In this document: piece by piece, positions 8,020 to 17,813 of the stretch
Layout of the letters: each line of letters starts with the position of its first letter
Numbering within the stretch: position 1 is the stretch's first letter
Assembly (NCBI GenBank): GCA_039908105.1
Contig: JAMOBI010000003.1
Span: forward strand, 3,582-67,581
DNA length: 64,000 bases
Reading direction: 5' to 3'
Source of the DNA: Magnetococcus sp. YQC-9
Lineage (GTDB): Bacteria; Pseudomonadota; Magnetococcia; Magnetococcales; Magnetaquicoccaceae
Notes under the pieces: generated by a model
What the model was told of the DNA's origin: nothing
The model's input: only the letters and a program-made list of their open reading frames with translations
Database searches by the model: none
Made by a program: the position numbers and the translations under genes

Positions 8020-8531
8020 TGGTGCAGAATCTCCTCGTCTGAGGCTGAAAAGGCCACCAGCGTGACGTGCATCCCGGCATCGGGGAACGCGGCGAAGAAT
8101 TGTCGGATCGTGGATATGGCGATCCGGGCTGCGGCCTCCTTCGGAAAGCCGTACACCCCGGTGCTGATGCCTGGGAAGGCGATGCGGCGCGCCTGATTTT
8201 CCATCGCCACCTCCAGACAGCGACGGTAGCAACGCGCCAGATTGCCCTCGGGATCGGGATCCGAGTCGTGGATCGGTCCGGCGGTGTGGATCACCAGCCG
8301 GGCCGGCAGTTGGCCGCCGGTGGTGGCCACCGCCTCCCCGCTCGGCAGGCCATCGGGATAGTGGTCGCGGCGGATCGTCCGGCAGGCTTCGAGAATCGCC
8401 GCACCGCCTGCGCGATGAATCGCCCCGTCCACACCCCCACCGCCGAGCAGTGAGGCGTTGGCTGCATTGACGATGGCATCCATTTCCAACCGGGTGATAT
8501 CACCGGTCATGGTGTTGAGGGTGTTGGTCAT
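8007..8531 (-). CDS. Macro-domain protein (O-acetyl-ADP-ribose deacetylase, YmdB-like)
   Basis: [32 protein letters not shown] and [10 protein letters not shown] motifs of the macro/Appr-1-p family; 3' end overlaps the convergent cytochrome gene by 13 nt. Confidence 0.9.
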   Translation of the reverse strand: MTNTLNTMTGDITRLEMDAIVNAANASLLGGGGVDGAIHRAGGAAILEACRTIRRDHYPDGLPSGEAVATTGGQLPARLVIHTAGPIHDSDPDPEGNLARCYRRCLEVAMENQARRIAFPGISTGVYGFPKEAAARIAISTIRQFFAAFPDAGMHVTLVAFSASDEEILHHHLK

Positions 8532-8543
8532 GTGGCCTCCTGA

Positions 8544-9074
8544 TCAAGGCTGATTGGCCGGTGCCTGGTAGCCGATGTGCTCCAGGATGAAGCCGGCCAC
8601 GCGCGCCGGGTCGTTCAACGGCAGTTTCGGCAGATCGGTGATGAGCGTCGGATCGTCGGTGGCCACGGCCAGGAGTTGGCTCAAGCGACTCAACAGATCG
8701 TGCGGCCCACTCCCTTTGCGCTGCACGACGATTTTTTCGTGCCCCTCCTCTTTGTACCCCTCCACCAAGATGAGATCGTGTCCGGCCAGACGGGCCACCT
8801 GTTCGGCCAGAATCGGTTCCGGCAGTTCCTGCAACTCCTGAATCAAAAACCACCGTTCCGGACAGGCGAACAGTACGCTTTGGGCACCCGCCTGGCGAAA
8901 GCGGTGGGTATCCTTGCCGGGGATGTCCGGATCAGCCGGGTGGTGGCCATGCTTGATGGCCGCGATTTTCAGACCAGCACGGGTCAAATGGCGGATCACC
9001 TGTTCCATGAGGGTGGTCTTGCCGGTGCCGCTGGGTGCGACGAAACCAATCACCGGTGGGGAGGCGACAGACAT
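8544..9074 (-). CDS. mobB: Molybdopterin-guanine dinucleotide biosynthesis adapter protein MobB
   Basis: Walker A APSGTGKTT followed by IAAIKHGHH; start chosen at ATG 9074 with GGAGG 8 nt upstream, just after the moaD stop. Confidence 0.85.
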   Translation of the reverse strand: MSVASPPVIGFVAPSGTGKTTLMEQVIRHLTRAGLKIAAIKHGHHPADPDIPGKDTHRFRQAGAQSVLFACPERWFLIQELQELPEPILAEQVARLAGHDLILVEGYKEEGHEKIVVQRKGSGPHDLLSRLSQLLAVATDDPTLITDLPKLPLNDPARVAGFILEHIGYQAPANQP

Positions 9075-9078
9075 GGCG

Positions 9079-9330
9079 TCAACCTCCGCTGACCGGTGGG
9101 AAGAGGGCGATTTCATCGCGGTCTGCGACCGGATCGTTTGGACGGGCGTAGCGTTGATTGACCGCGATGCGCAGGTTGGGGTGGTTCAACAGCTCGGCGT
9201 GGGCGCTGGAGCGCGTGGCCAGAAAGGCTTGCAGCGCGGCAACGGTATCGACTTCGGCGGGTAGCGGGATCGATTCGGAGGCAACGCCGATCTTTTCGCG
9301 CACCCAGGAGAAATAGCGCAACAGGGCCAT
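9079..9330 (-). CDS. moaD: Molybdopterin synthase sulfur-carrier subunit MoaD
   Basis: 83 aa, ubiquitin-like ThiS/MoaD pattern ending in the diagnostic C-terminal Gly-Gly (PPVSGG). Confidence 0.8.
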   Translation of the reverse strand: MALLRYFSWVREKIGVASESIPLPAEVDTVAALQAFLATRSSAHAELLNHPNLRIAVNQRYARPNDPVADRDEIALFPPVSGG

Positions 9331-9394
9331 GATGGGGGTTTATGCTCCAAAGGTGAAGGGGTGAGGCTCCCAACCGGGAGCGGTTTACGATACC

Positions 9395-9638
9395 AAACCG
9401 CACCCATTTTGGGATGCTAGTTTTTCGCAAGGCTGCGTGCAAGATGCAAGAGTCGTTTCCAAAAAACGGAAACGACTCTTGCGAAGGCCGCGCGCGGCGC
9501 ATTTTTCGCAAAAACCGTTTCTTGAGAAGAGCGCGCTTTAAAGTCAAAGTCAAAAGCAAAATCCTGGGAGAGGAATCTCCCAGACCCTCTCTTTTTTTTC
9601 ACCAGTAAAAACGACACATTCCAAGCTGGGTGCAGTTT
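9395..9638. repeat. Mosaic palindromic intergenic repeat, family A, locus 3
   Basis: AAACCGCACCC ... GGGTGCAGTTT; same modules as locus 5 in opposite orientation; its end overlaps the stop codon of the 9637..10314 gene. Confidence 0.9.
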
Positions 9639-10314
9639 AGAACGGCTCGAACTCTTCGTCGTGTTGATCGCCCTGGACTTCGGGACCGATCAGTGCCAGC
9701 GGACGGGTGAAGGTGGCAGGCGGTGGGTCTTGATCAAAGGAGGAGACCACCGGACCCAAGGGCATCAGGGCGTTGACCATCGGCGAATGGAGCGGTGGTG
9801 GGTTGTTTTTGACCAGCTCTTCGGCGCGGGTGGTGGTCGCGCGGATGACAGCCAGCTCAGCGGCCAGTTCCCTGGTCTGTTCCACCTGCGCGGTCAGGAG
9901 GGACTCCAGACGCAAGGTTTCGTTGCGACGTCCCTCTTCGGCATCGCGGATCAGGCTGGAGAGGTGGGAGTAAAGATCGTTTTGTTCACGGCGGGCTGCG
10001 CGGTGACGCCAGAGACCGACGCCGAGGAGGCCGAATCCGCTGCCCAACGAGAGGGTTAAAAGATCCAGTGCACCGTGCAGCCGAGCGACCAGCAGGCCGA
10101 CTTCGGGTAGGACGATGCCATCGGCGGTGATGCGGCGCGCCGCATCCTCCAGATCGGTGACCGTGGCCACCGAGACCCCCAGTCCGGCACCGGCCAACAA
10201 CAGGAACAGGGCGATGACAGGCAGAATGCGGCTCAAGGGCGACTCTTTAGTGTTCGGTTGGGGGTGGGTGGGATGGCGGGGCAGGGGGTGCGTGTTCGGG
10301 TGGTGTGGCTTCAC
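9637..10314 (-). CDS. Hypothetical membrane protein with coiled-coil region
   Basis: Two hydrophobic segments, then a coiled-coil-like ETLRLESLLTAQVEQTRELAAELAV region. The His/Pro-rich N-terminus is doubtful; an internal TTG near 10226 is possible. Confidence 0.5.
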   Translation of the reverse strand: MKPHHPNTHPLPRHPTHPQPNTKESPLSRILPVIALFLLLAGAGLGVSVATVTDLEDAARRITADGIVLPEVGLLVARLHGALDLLTLSLGSGFGLLGVGLWRHRAARREQNDLYSHLSSLIRDAEEGRRNETLRLESLLTAQVEQTRELAAELAVIRATTTRAEELVKNNPPPLHSPMVNALMPLGPVVSSFDQDPPPATFTRPLALIGPEVQGDQHDEEFEPF

Positions 10315-10742
10315 CCCTTTCTCGATCTGGCCTGGCCGAGTTACTTTAAACAGAATAACGTGGTTCGAGTCCGTTTTTCAAGATGTCAATAATCGTTTTG
10401 TGTGCGCAAAAATCAGGATGGGACGTTTTTTTTATGGATGGCCAAGTCGCGCGCCGGTTCGATGAGGATGGAGCGTCGAGAGGAGGCACGGCTGAAAAAG
10501 GAAATCGTTGAGAACCGGTTGCCGTGCTGCCGGGTGGGTGGTATGCTTAAGCACTTTTAAAGAGTCGAGCGTCTGTTTTGTTTGCACCCGGCCATCGATG
10601 GACAGCTCCGGGGCATGACAGTCCGAAGTCGTTTGGATCCATTGTAAAACACTCGCATATTTTAGGACTTCCGCAATACCTTCCCGTTGCAGACAACGCG
10701 GATTCAAGACAACAATCGAGGTTTTTCGATCAGGCGGTATCC

Positions 10743-11573
10743 ATGCGGACACGCGCAAACTCCCGGCCCATTGGCGTTTTATTGATTGGCGACGTTTTTG
10801 GTCGCCCGGGTCGGCGAGCCCTGGAGCGTCATTTGGTCCAGACCAAAGCTGTACTCGGTGCGGATTTCGTGATCGCCAACGGCGAGAATGCCGCCTCGGG
10901 GGTGGGTATCACACCGGAGGTGGCGGGAGAGCTCTACAAAGCCGGTGTTGATGTGATCACCACCGGCAATCATGTCTGGCGCCATTTGAAAGAGATCGCG
11001 CCGTTCATGGAGGATCGCCGTACCCTCCTGCGACCGCTCAACTATCCGCCCGGCGTGCCGGGGCGCGGCTACGGGATTTTTGTCACGCCGGGAGGTGTGC
11101 GGATCGGGGTGGTGAATCTTTTGGGCCGGGTCTTCATGGAGGATCTCGATTGCCCGTTCCGGACCGTGGATGCGTTGTTGGATACCATCCGTCTCGGGCG
11201 GGATGCCGATCTGCTGATCGTTGACATGCATGCCGAGGCCAGCTCCGAAAAGATGGCCCTGGGCTGGCATCTGGATGGCCGGGTGACGGCGGTGGTGGGC
11301 ACGCATACCCATGTACCGACTGCGGATCACCGGCTGTTGAAGCAGGGAACCGGGTTTGTCACCGATGTGGGCATGACCGGTTGTTACGACTCGATCATCG
11401 GCATGCGGATCGATACGGTGATGCCGAAGTTCTTGACGAAATTGCCGACCCGGTTTGAACCCGCCGGTGGTGAGGCGATGTTGTGCGGCGTGCTGATCCG
11501 CGCGGATGCGGTGACCGGGCGGTGTCTGGAGATGGTGCCGGTGCGCGTCGGTGAGGGGTTGAGTGCTTCTTGA
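10743..11573 (+). CDS. YmdB-like metallophosphoesterase (TIGR00282-type, 2',3'-cyclic-nucleotide phosphodiesterase family)
   Basis: GDVFGRPGR, ANGENAASG and GNHVW metallophosphoesterase motifs; ATG 10743 chosen just upstream of the conserved N-terminus. Confidence 0.85.
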   Translation: MRTRANSRPIGVLLIGDVFGRPGRRALERHLVQTKAVLGADFVIANGENAASGVGITPEVAGELYKAGVDVITTGNHVWRHLKEIAPFMEDRRTLLRPLNYPPGVPGRGYGIFVTPGGVRIGVVNLLGRVFMEDLDCPFRTVDALLDTIRLGRDADLLIVDMHAEASSEKMALGWHLDGRVTAVVGTHTHVPTADHRLLKQGTGFVTDVGMTGCYDSIIGMRIDTVMPKFLTKLPTRFEPAGGEAMLCGVLIRADAVTGRCLEMVPVRVGEGLSAS

Positions 11574-11630
11574 ACAGGCTGTTTGGTGATTGGGTTATTA
11601 TAAACGCGTAGCAGGAAGGAAGTTTCGATC

Positions 11631-12356
11631 ATGGAAAAGCGGGAAAAGCTCTACGAGGGCAAGGCCAAGGTGATCTTCTCCACCGATGACCCGAATCTCT
11701 ACATCCAGTATTTCAAGGACGACGCGACCGCGTTCAATGGCGTGAAGAAGGGGACCATCACCGACAAGGGAGTGGTCAACAACCTGGTGGCCTCGAAGTT
11801 GATGGGCATTATCGAGGCGGTCGGCATTCCCACCCATTTCGTCGAGCGGATCAACGATCGCGAACAGGTGGTGCGCAAGGTGGCGATCATCCCGCTTGAG
11901 GTGGTGGTGCGCAACGTGGCCGCCGGTTCGATGTCGCGTCGCCTCGGTGTGCCCGAAGGACAAGCGTTGCCCCGTCCGGTGCTTGAATATTATTACAAGG
12001 CCGATGCCCTGGACGATCCGCTGATCATCCGCGATCACGCCCTGGTCTTCGGCTGGGCCACCGAGGCGGAGCTGGCCTGGATCGAGGCCTCCGTCAAGCG
12101 CATCAACGATGTGCTGATCGGCTTTTTCGCCAACATTGGCATTCGCTTGATCGACTACAAGCTCGAATTCGGACGTTTGGCCGCCAATCCCTCTCAGGTG
12201 GTGCTGGCCGATGAGATCTCGCCCGATACCTGCCGCTTGTGGGATGTCAAGACCAACGAAAAACTCGACAAGGATCGCTTCCGCCGCGATCTGGGTGGGG
12301 TGGTCGAGGCCTACCAGGAGGTGGCGCGGCGCATGGGGGTCTCTGGGGGGTCATGA
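11631..12356 (+). CDS. purC: Phosphoribosylaminoimidazole-succinocarboxamide (SAICAR) synthase
   Basis: [10 protein letters not shown] ... DDATAFNG ... GIPTHF ... IPLEVVVRN pattern characteristic of PurC. Confidence 0.95.
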   Translation: MEKREKLYEGKAKVIFSTDDPNLYIQYFKDDATAFNGVKKGTITDKGVVNNLVASKLMGIIEAVGIPTHFVERINDREQVVRKVAIIPLEVVVRNVAAGSMSRRLGVPEGQALPRPVLEYYYKADALDDPLIIRDHALVFGWATEAELAWIEASVKRINDVLIGFFANIGIRLIDYKLEFGRLAANPSQVVLADEISPDTCRLWDVKTNEKLDKDRFRRDLGGVVEAYQEVARRMGVSGGS

Positions 12357-15300
12357 CCACGCGCCCGGTACTCGTCTGGCCGGGTGAGGTGTGCGACTCC
12401 CGGTTGCGGCTTTCGTTGTGGCCCGATGATCTGGATCTGCCGGTCTTCGTGGCCCGGCATCTCTATTTCATCGCCGTGAACGAGCCGTTGACCGCGACCG
12501 AGCGGGATCGGCTCGCCGCACTCTTGAACGCCCAGCCGCGAGAACTGGCGCTGCATCGTTTTGTTTCACCCCCTTTGGTGGTGATTCCACGCTTCGGCTC
12601 GATCTCGCCATGGTCCACCAAGGCAACCGAGATTGCCCGCGGTTGCGGTTTGACCGGGGTGACGCGCGTGGAACGCGGCGTGCTGCACGACTTCGGCGAC
12701 CAACGGGTCAACCGGGCGCAACGCGAACGGTTGATGCCGCTCCTTCACGATCGCATGACCCAGTCGGTGTGCAGCGATCTGGTCGAGGCCATGGGACTTT
12801 TTGCCCACGGCGAGGCCCGACCGCTTGTCCATGTGCCGGTGGCCGATCTGGAACGGGTCAACGTTGAGCTGGGATTGGCGCTTTCGCCTGAGGAGATCCG
12901 CTATCTGGCCGAACATTTCACCAAAGTGGGGCGCGATCCGACCGATGTGGAGCTGATGATGTTCGCCCAGGCCAACTCCGAGCACTGCCGGCACAAGATC
13001 TTCAATGCCGCCTGGGTGATCGATGGCCGGGAGCAGAAAGAGACTTTATTCGGCATGATTCGCGAAAGCGAGGCCAAAACCCCGGATCCGGCGCTCTCGG
13101 CCTATCGGGACAACGCCGCCGTGATGCGCGGTGGAGTCGGCGAGCGGTTTGTGCCGGATGAAAACGGTCTGTATGGCGCAACGCCGACCGATCTGCATGT
13201 GTTGATGAAGGTGGAAACCCACAACCATCCGACCGCGATTGCGCCGTTTCCGGGTGCAGCCACCGGGTCGGGCGGGGAGATCCGCGACGAGGGGGCCACT
13301 GGGCGCGGTTCGCGTCCCAAGGCCGGGTTGTGCGGCTTTTCGGTCTCCAATCTGCTGCTGCCGGATGCGATCCGTCCGTGGGAGGAGCCTTATGGCAAGC
13401 CGGAGCGGATCGTCTCGGCACTGGAGATCATGCTCGAAGGCCCCCTGGGTGCCGCAGCCTTCAACAACGAGTTCGGACGCCCGAATCTTTCCGGCTATTT
13501 TCGCAGCTTCGAGCAGAAGGTGGCCGGCGAGGTGCGTGGCTATCACAAGCCGATCATGGTGGCCGGCGGTCTCGGCTCCATCCAACCCGAACAGATCGAA
13601 AAACTTCCTCTGCCGCCCGGCGCGTTGGTGATCCAGATCGGTGGACCGGCGATGCTGATCGGTCTGGGCGGTGGGGCCGCCTCGTCGCAGGCCAGTGGCG
13701 CCTCGCACGCGGAGCTCGATTTCGCCTCGGTGCAGCGCGAAAACGCTGAAATGCAGCGCCGCTGCCAGGAGGTGATCAACGCCTGTATCCATCTGGGTAC
13801 CGATAATCCGATTCTCTCGATCCACGATGTGGGCGCGGGCGGGTTGTCGAATGCGGTGCCGGAACTGCTGCACGGCGGCGGGGTGGGCGGTCGGCTCGAT
13901 CTGGCCAATGTCCCGAACGACGATCCGTCCATGTCGCCGATGGAGGTGTGGTGCAACGAGGCTCAGGAGCGCTACGTACTGGCCATTGCGGCGGAGAATC
14001 GGGCGCGGTTCGAGAGCTTTTGTGCGCGTGAGCGTTGCCCGTTTCGGGTGCTGGGCGTGGCCACGGAGGAGCCGGTGCTGCTGTTGGAGGACAGCCGCAC
14101 CCGCGAGGTGGCAATCGACCTGCCGATGGAGGTGCTGCTCGGCAAGCCGCCGCGCATGCTGCGCAATACCCGTCTGCGCACCCCGCTGCGCATGTCGTTC
14201 GATACCCGCGAGATCGATCTGGTGGAGGCAGCCGAACGGGTGTTGCGGCTGCCGACGGTGGCTGACAAGGGGTTTTTGATCACCATCGGCGATCGAACCG
14301 TGACCGGACTGGTGCATCGCGATCAGATGGTCGGACCGTGGCAGGTGGCGGTGGCCGATGCGGCGGTGACCCTGCGTGATTATCGGGGGTTTGCCGGCGA
14401 GGCGATGGCCATGGGCGAGCGCACCCCGGTGGCGTTGCTCGATCCGGCGGCCTCGGCCCGTCTGGCCGTGGGCGAGGCGTTGACCAATCTGCTCTCCGCA
14501 CCGGTGAAGTCGCTGGAGGGCGTCAAGTTGTCGGCCAACTGGATGGCCGCAGCCTCCCATCCGGGTGAGGATGCCGCTCTGTTTGCCGCCGTGCGTGCCG
14601 TGGGTCAGGAGCTTTGTCCGGCATTGGGTGTTGGCATCCCGGTGGGCAAGGATTCGCTCTCCATGAAGACCGTCTGGCGCGAGCAGGGGGTGGAGAGAGC
14701 GGTGACCGCGCCGGTTTCGTTGATCGTCTCCGCCTTTGCGGTGGTCGAGGATGTGCGCGGTGCGCTGACCCCGCAACTGCGTCTGAATGGTGGTCCGACC
14801 GATCTGTTACTCATTGATCTCGGACGTGGGCGCGACCGGTTGGGTGGATCGGCCTTGGCGCAGGTGTTCAGGCAGATGGGGGACGAACCCCCGGATCTGG
14901 ACGATCCGGTGGCGTTTCGGAATTTCTTCAATGAAATGCGTGCGCTGGCCGATGAAGGTAGCATCTTGAGCTATCACGATCGTTCGGATGGCGGGCTGTT
15001 CGTCACCCTGGTGGAGATGGCCTTCGCAGGTGGTTGTGGGTTGGAGATCGAGCTTGACGGCCTGGGTCGCGATACCCTGGCTGCGCTGTTTGCCGAGGAG
15101 TTGGGTGCGGTGGTGCAGGTGCGGCGCGAGCATTTGCATGCCGTGCGTGAGCGTTTCACCCGTCACGGTTTGATGGCGGTGCGCGTCGGCGAGCCGGTGA
15201 AGGGCCGGCGGTTGCGTTTCAAGCGCGCCGGAATGGAGTTTTTGAACGGCGATCGGATCCGCTATCGCCGGTTGTGGTCCGAGACCGGTTGGCGGATTCG

Positions 15301-16189
15301 GGCGTTGCGCGATGATTCGGCGTGTGCGCGTCAGGAGTACGATGGACTGCTCGATGCCGAGGATCCGGGGTTGTCGGTGCGTCTGCCGCAGGGCGGCATT
15401 GAGGCACCGATGATCAATGTGGGTGCACGGCCTGGGGTGTTGATCCTGCGCGAGCAGGGGGTGAACGGTCACGTCGAGATGGCGGCGGCCTTTGATGCGG
15501 CGGGGTTTGCTGCCGTGGATGCCAGCATGACCGATCTGGTCAGCGGACGGGTTCGGCTGGAGGATTTTCGCGGGCTTGCGGCCTGCGGGGGCTTCTCGTA
15601 TGGCGATGTGTTGGGTGCTGGTCAGGGGTGGGCACGCTCGATCCTTTTCAATGAGACGCTGCGTGAGGCGTTCCGGCTGTTCTTCCACCGTCCGGACACC
15701 TTTGCGCTGGGGGTGTGCAACGGCTGTCAGATGATGAGCACGCTGGCCGAATTGATCCCTGGCGCCGAAGGGTGGCCCCATTTCGTGCGTAATCGCAGTG
15801 GTCGTTTCGAGGCGCGGGTGGCGTTGGTTGAGATCGGTGTTTCGGCCTCCGTGCTTCTGGCCGGCATGGAAGGTGCACGTCTGCTGGTACCCTGTGCGCA
15901 CGGCGAAGGGCGTGCTTCGGTGCGTTTGACCGATGCACGCCGGGTGGCCTTGCGTTATGTGGACAACCGTGGCAACGTTATCGAAACTTATCCCGCCAAT
16001 CCCAACGGTTCGCCCTCCGGAATCGCCGGTGTGACCAGTTTGGATGGGCGTGTGACCATCATGATGCCGCATCCCGAGCGGGTGTTTCGTTGGGTTCAGC
16101 ACTCCTGGAGGCCGGAGCAGGCGCAAGGCGATGTTGCTCCCTGGGCGCGGATGTTTGCCAATGCGCGCCGGTGGTTGGATGGGATTTAA
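12353..16189 (+). CDS. purL: Phosphoribosylformylglycinamidine synthase, large single-chain form
   Basis: 1278 aa from ATG 12353 (ATGA overlap with the purC stop); FGAM synthase blocks ([29 protein letters not shown]) and a C-terminal glutaminase domain (GVCNGCQ). Confidence 0.95.
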   Translation: MTTRPVLVWPGEVCDSRLRLSLWPDDLDLPVFVARHLYFIAVNEPLTATERDRLAALLNAQPRELALHRFVSPPLVVIPRFGSISPWSTKATEIARGCGLTGVTRVERGVLHDFGDQRVNRAQRERLMPLLHDRMTQSVCSDLVEAMGLFAHGEARPLVHVPVADLERVNVELGLALSPEEIRYLAEHFTKVGRDPTDVELMMFAQANSEHCRHKIFNAAWVIDGREQKETLFGMIRESEAKTPDPALSAYRDNAAVMRGGVGERFVPDENGLYGATPTDLHVLMKVETHNHPTAIAPFPGAATGSGGEIRDEGATGRGSRPKAGLCGFSVSNLLLPDAIRPWEEPYGKPERIVSALEIMLEGPLGAAAFNNEFGRPNLSGYFRSFEQKVAGEVRGYHKPIMVAGGLGSIQPEQIEKLPLPPGALVIQIGGPAMLIGLGGGAASSQASGASHAELDFASVQRENAEMQRRCQEVINACIHLGTDNPILSIHDVGAGGLSNAVPELLHGGGVGGRLDLANVPNDDPSMSPMEVWCNEAQERYVLAIAAENRARFESFCARERCPFRVLGVATEEPVLLLEDSRTREVAIDLPMEVLLGKPPRMLRNTRLRTPLRMSFDTREIDLVEAAERVLRLPTVADKGFLITIGDRTVTGLVHRDQMVGPWQVAVADAAVTLRDYRGFAGEAMAMGERTPVALLDPAASARLAVGEALTNLLSAPVKSLEGVKLSANWMAAASHPGEDAALFAAVRAVGQELCPALGVGIPVGKDSLSMKTVWREQGVERAVTAPVSLIVSAFAVVEDVRGALTPQLRLNGGPTDLLLIDLGRGRDRLGGSALAQVFRQMGDEPPDLDDPVAFRNFFNEMRALADEGSILSYHDRSDGGLFVTLVEMAFAGGCGLEIELDGLGRDTLAALFAEELGAVVQVRREHLHAVRERFTRHGLMAVRVGEPVKGRRLRFKRAGMEFLNGDRIRYRRLWSETGWRIRALRDDSACARQEYDGLLDAEDPGLSVRLPQGGIEAPMINVGARPGVLILREQGVNGHVEMAAAFDAAGFAAVDASMTDLVSGRVRLEDFRGLAACGGFSYGDVLGAGQGWARSILFNETLREAFRLFFHRPDTFALGVCNGCQMMSTLAELIPGAEGWPHFVRNRSGRFEARVALVEIGVSASVLLAGMEGARLLVPCAHGEGRASVRLTDARRVALRYVDNRGNVIETYPANPNGSPSGIAGVTSLDGRVTIMMPHPERVFRWVQHSWRPEQAQGDVAPWARMFANARRWLDGI

Positions 16190-16466
16190 ACTGCACTTGG
16201 CTTGGTTTGGAATGTATGAACCGCAACCAGCTTGGAATGTGTGGTTTTTATTAGTGAAAAAAAAGAGAGGGTCTGGGAGATTCATCTCCCAGGGTTTTGC
16301 TTTTGACTTTAGCGCGCTCTTCAAAAGAAGCATTTTTCGCGAATTTTCTAGAAAAATGCGCCGCGTGCCGCCATCCGTGGAGTCGTTTTTTGCCTTTTGG
16401 AAACGACTCCCGCATCTTGCATGCGCCCTTGCGGGAAATGACGCTTCTGAAGAATGGTTGCAGTAT
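16187..16466. repeat. Mosaic palindromic intergenic repeat, family A, locus 4
   Basis: Begins at the purL stop (TAAACTGCAC); shares hairpin and GCGAAAAATGCGCCGCG modules; ends with the variant terminus AATGACGCTTCTGAAGAATGGTTGCAGTAT, also seen at locus 11. Confidence 0.9.
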
Positions 16467-16608
16467 ACTTTGAGATAATTACACGGATACGGGGGGCGGA
16501 GGCGCTGTTTGCCTCTGCGGGAACTTTGAGTTCCACGGTCTCCTGGAACGATTCGGATTTTTGAATCGTCATCGAATCGGAATGATTGGTCGTACTTGAG
16601 AATGGCGG

Positions 16609-17229
16609 GTGAAAGCCATGGAAGAACAAGAAGTTGAAATGATCGACGAGGAGGCGCCCAAGCCGGGGAAGAAGAAGCTTCTTCTTTTGGGCGGCGGGGC
16701 GATCGCCTTGGTGCTGCTGTTGGGCGGTGGTTGGCTGTTTTACAACAAACTCGGCGCCATCAAGGGCTCGTCCGAGGCCGAACAGGCGCATCGCGAGGCG
16801 ACCGAGGCTGAAAAGAAATTCCGCCTGCCGCTCAAGGTGCCGGCTGGTATTGAGGGTCCGGAACCGCCGCCGGTCACTCTGGCGCGCGATGGGGTGAGTG
16901 TTGACCAATTGGCGCTTTTCATCCTGGAGAGTGGCGAGCGGCGCGTGCAGGGTCGGGTGTTCAATCATGGCAAACTGCCGTTGATCTCTGCCCGTGTGAA
17001 CATCGAATTCCTGGGCAACGCCGGCGAAGTGCTCACCGCGCGCCCGGTCAATCCGTTGGTGGTCTCGGGAGGCATCTTCGGTGATCAATCGGAACTCCTC
17101 GCTGCAGGGGCAGGACGCAACTTCCTGATCACCACCGACGATCTGCCGGCCAACTGGAACGGCAAACTCTCGGCCAAGGTGATGGGTGCGCAATTCGGGC
17201 ACCCGGTGGTCGAGGAAGCGCAACGATGA
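16609..17229 (+). CDS. Hypothetical membrane-anchored protein (possibly DUF3426-like)
   Basis: Acidic N-terminus, KKKLLLLGGGAIALVLLLGGGWLF anchor, beta-rich C-terminal domain; stop overlaps the maf start. Confidence 0.55.
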   Translation: MKAMEEQEVEMIDEEAPKPGKKKLLLLGGGAIALVLLLGGGWLFYNKLGAIKGSSEAEQAHREATEAEKKFRLPLKVPAGIEGPEPPPVTLARDGVSVDQLALFILESGERRVQGRVFNHGKLPLISARVNIEFLGNAGEVLTARPVNPLVVSGGIFGDQSELLAAGAGRNFLITTDDLPANWNGKLSAKVMGAQFGHPVVEEAQR

Positions 17230-17813
17230 GGCTGGCCGCACCCCTCGTGCTGGCTTCGACCTCGATTTACCGCCGTCAACTCCTGGAGCGGTTGGGCATC
17301 CCCTTTGAGGTGGCTTCCCCGGCGACCGACGAAACCCCGCTCCCGAATGAAACCCCGGAAGCCCTGGTACGGCGTCTGGCCGAGGCCAAGGCCCGTTCAG
17401 TGGCCGGACGCCATCCCGGCGCGGTGGTGATCGCCTCGGATCAGGTGGCGGTGATCGACGGCCAGATTATCGGCAAACCGGGCAGTGCCGAGAAGAACGC
17501 CGAGCAGCTGCGTTTGGCCTCAAACCGCGCGGTGACCTTTTATAATGGTCTGGCGCTGCGCTCCCCGGTGGAGCCTTGCCTGCAACTGGAACTCGTTTTG
17601 TTTCGGGTCCACTTCCGCCCGTTGAGCGAGTCGACCATTCAACGCTACATCGAGCGCGATCGGGCGTTCGACTGTGCCGGCGGTTTCAAATCCGAACAAC
17701 TGGGCATCGCGCTCTTCTCCAGCATGGAGGGGGAGGATCCCACCGCCTTGATGGGACTGCCGCTGATCGCTTTGACCGGCATGCTGGATCGGATCGGGAT
17801 GCCGGTGGTGTGA
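17226..17813 (+). CDS. maf: Maf-like nucleoside triphosphate pyrophosphatase (YceF subgroup-like)
   Basis: LVLASTSIYRRQLLERLGIPF ... SDQV ... AGGFK motifs of the Maf family. Confidence 0.9.
   Translation: MRLAAPLVLASTSIYRRQLLERLGIPFEVASPATDETPLPNETPEALVRRLAEAKARSVAGRHPGAVVIASDQVAVIDGQIIGKPGSAEKNAEQLRLASNRAVTFYNGLALRSPVEPCLQLELVLFRVHFRPLSESTIQRYIERDRAFDCAGGFKSEQLGIALFSSMEGEDPTALMGLPLIALTGMLDRIGMPVV

Noticed and set aside
10330-10376. tRNA-like T-arm sequence GGTTCGAGTCC in the intergenic region before the YmdB-like gene
   Set aside because: The flanks do not form a proper T-stem (only 2 Watson-Crick pairs), and no acceptor or anticodon arms could be built. At most it is a tRNA fragment, which is not supportable as a gene or att site.
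13046-16333. Very long antisense ORFs (576 aa at 13046..14776 and 508 aa at 14807..16333, minus strand) inside purL
   Set aside because: They are opposite a strongly recognisable purL frame. Their translations are Arg/His/Gly/Pro-rich low-complexity sequence, typical of GC-rich shadow ORFs, and the second runs into a non-coding repeat.
17576-17809. N-terminal extension of the sensor kinase ORF into maf
   Set aside because: The extension lies fully inside the maf coding frame. A GTG at 17810 overlapping the maf stop precedes the first TM helix and gives a sensible kinase N-terminus.
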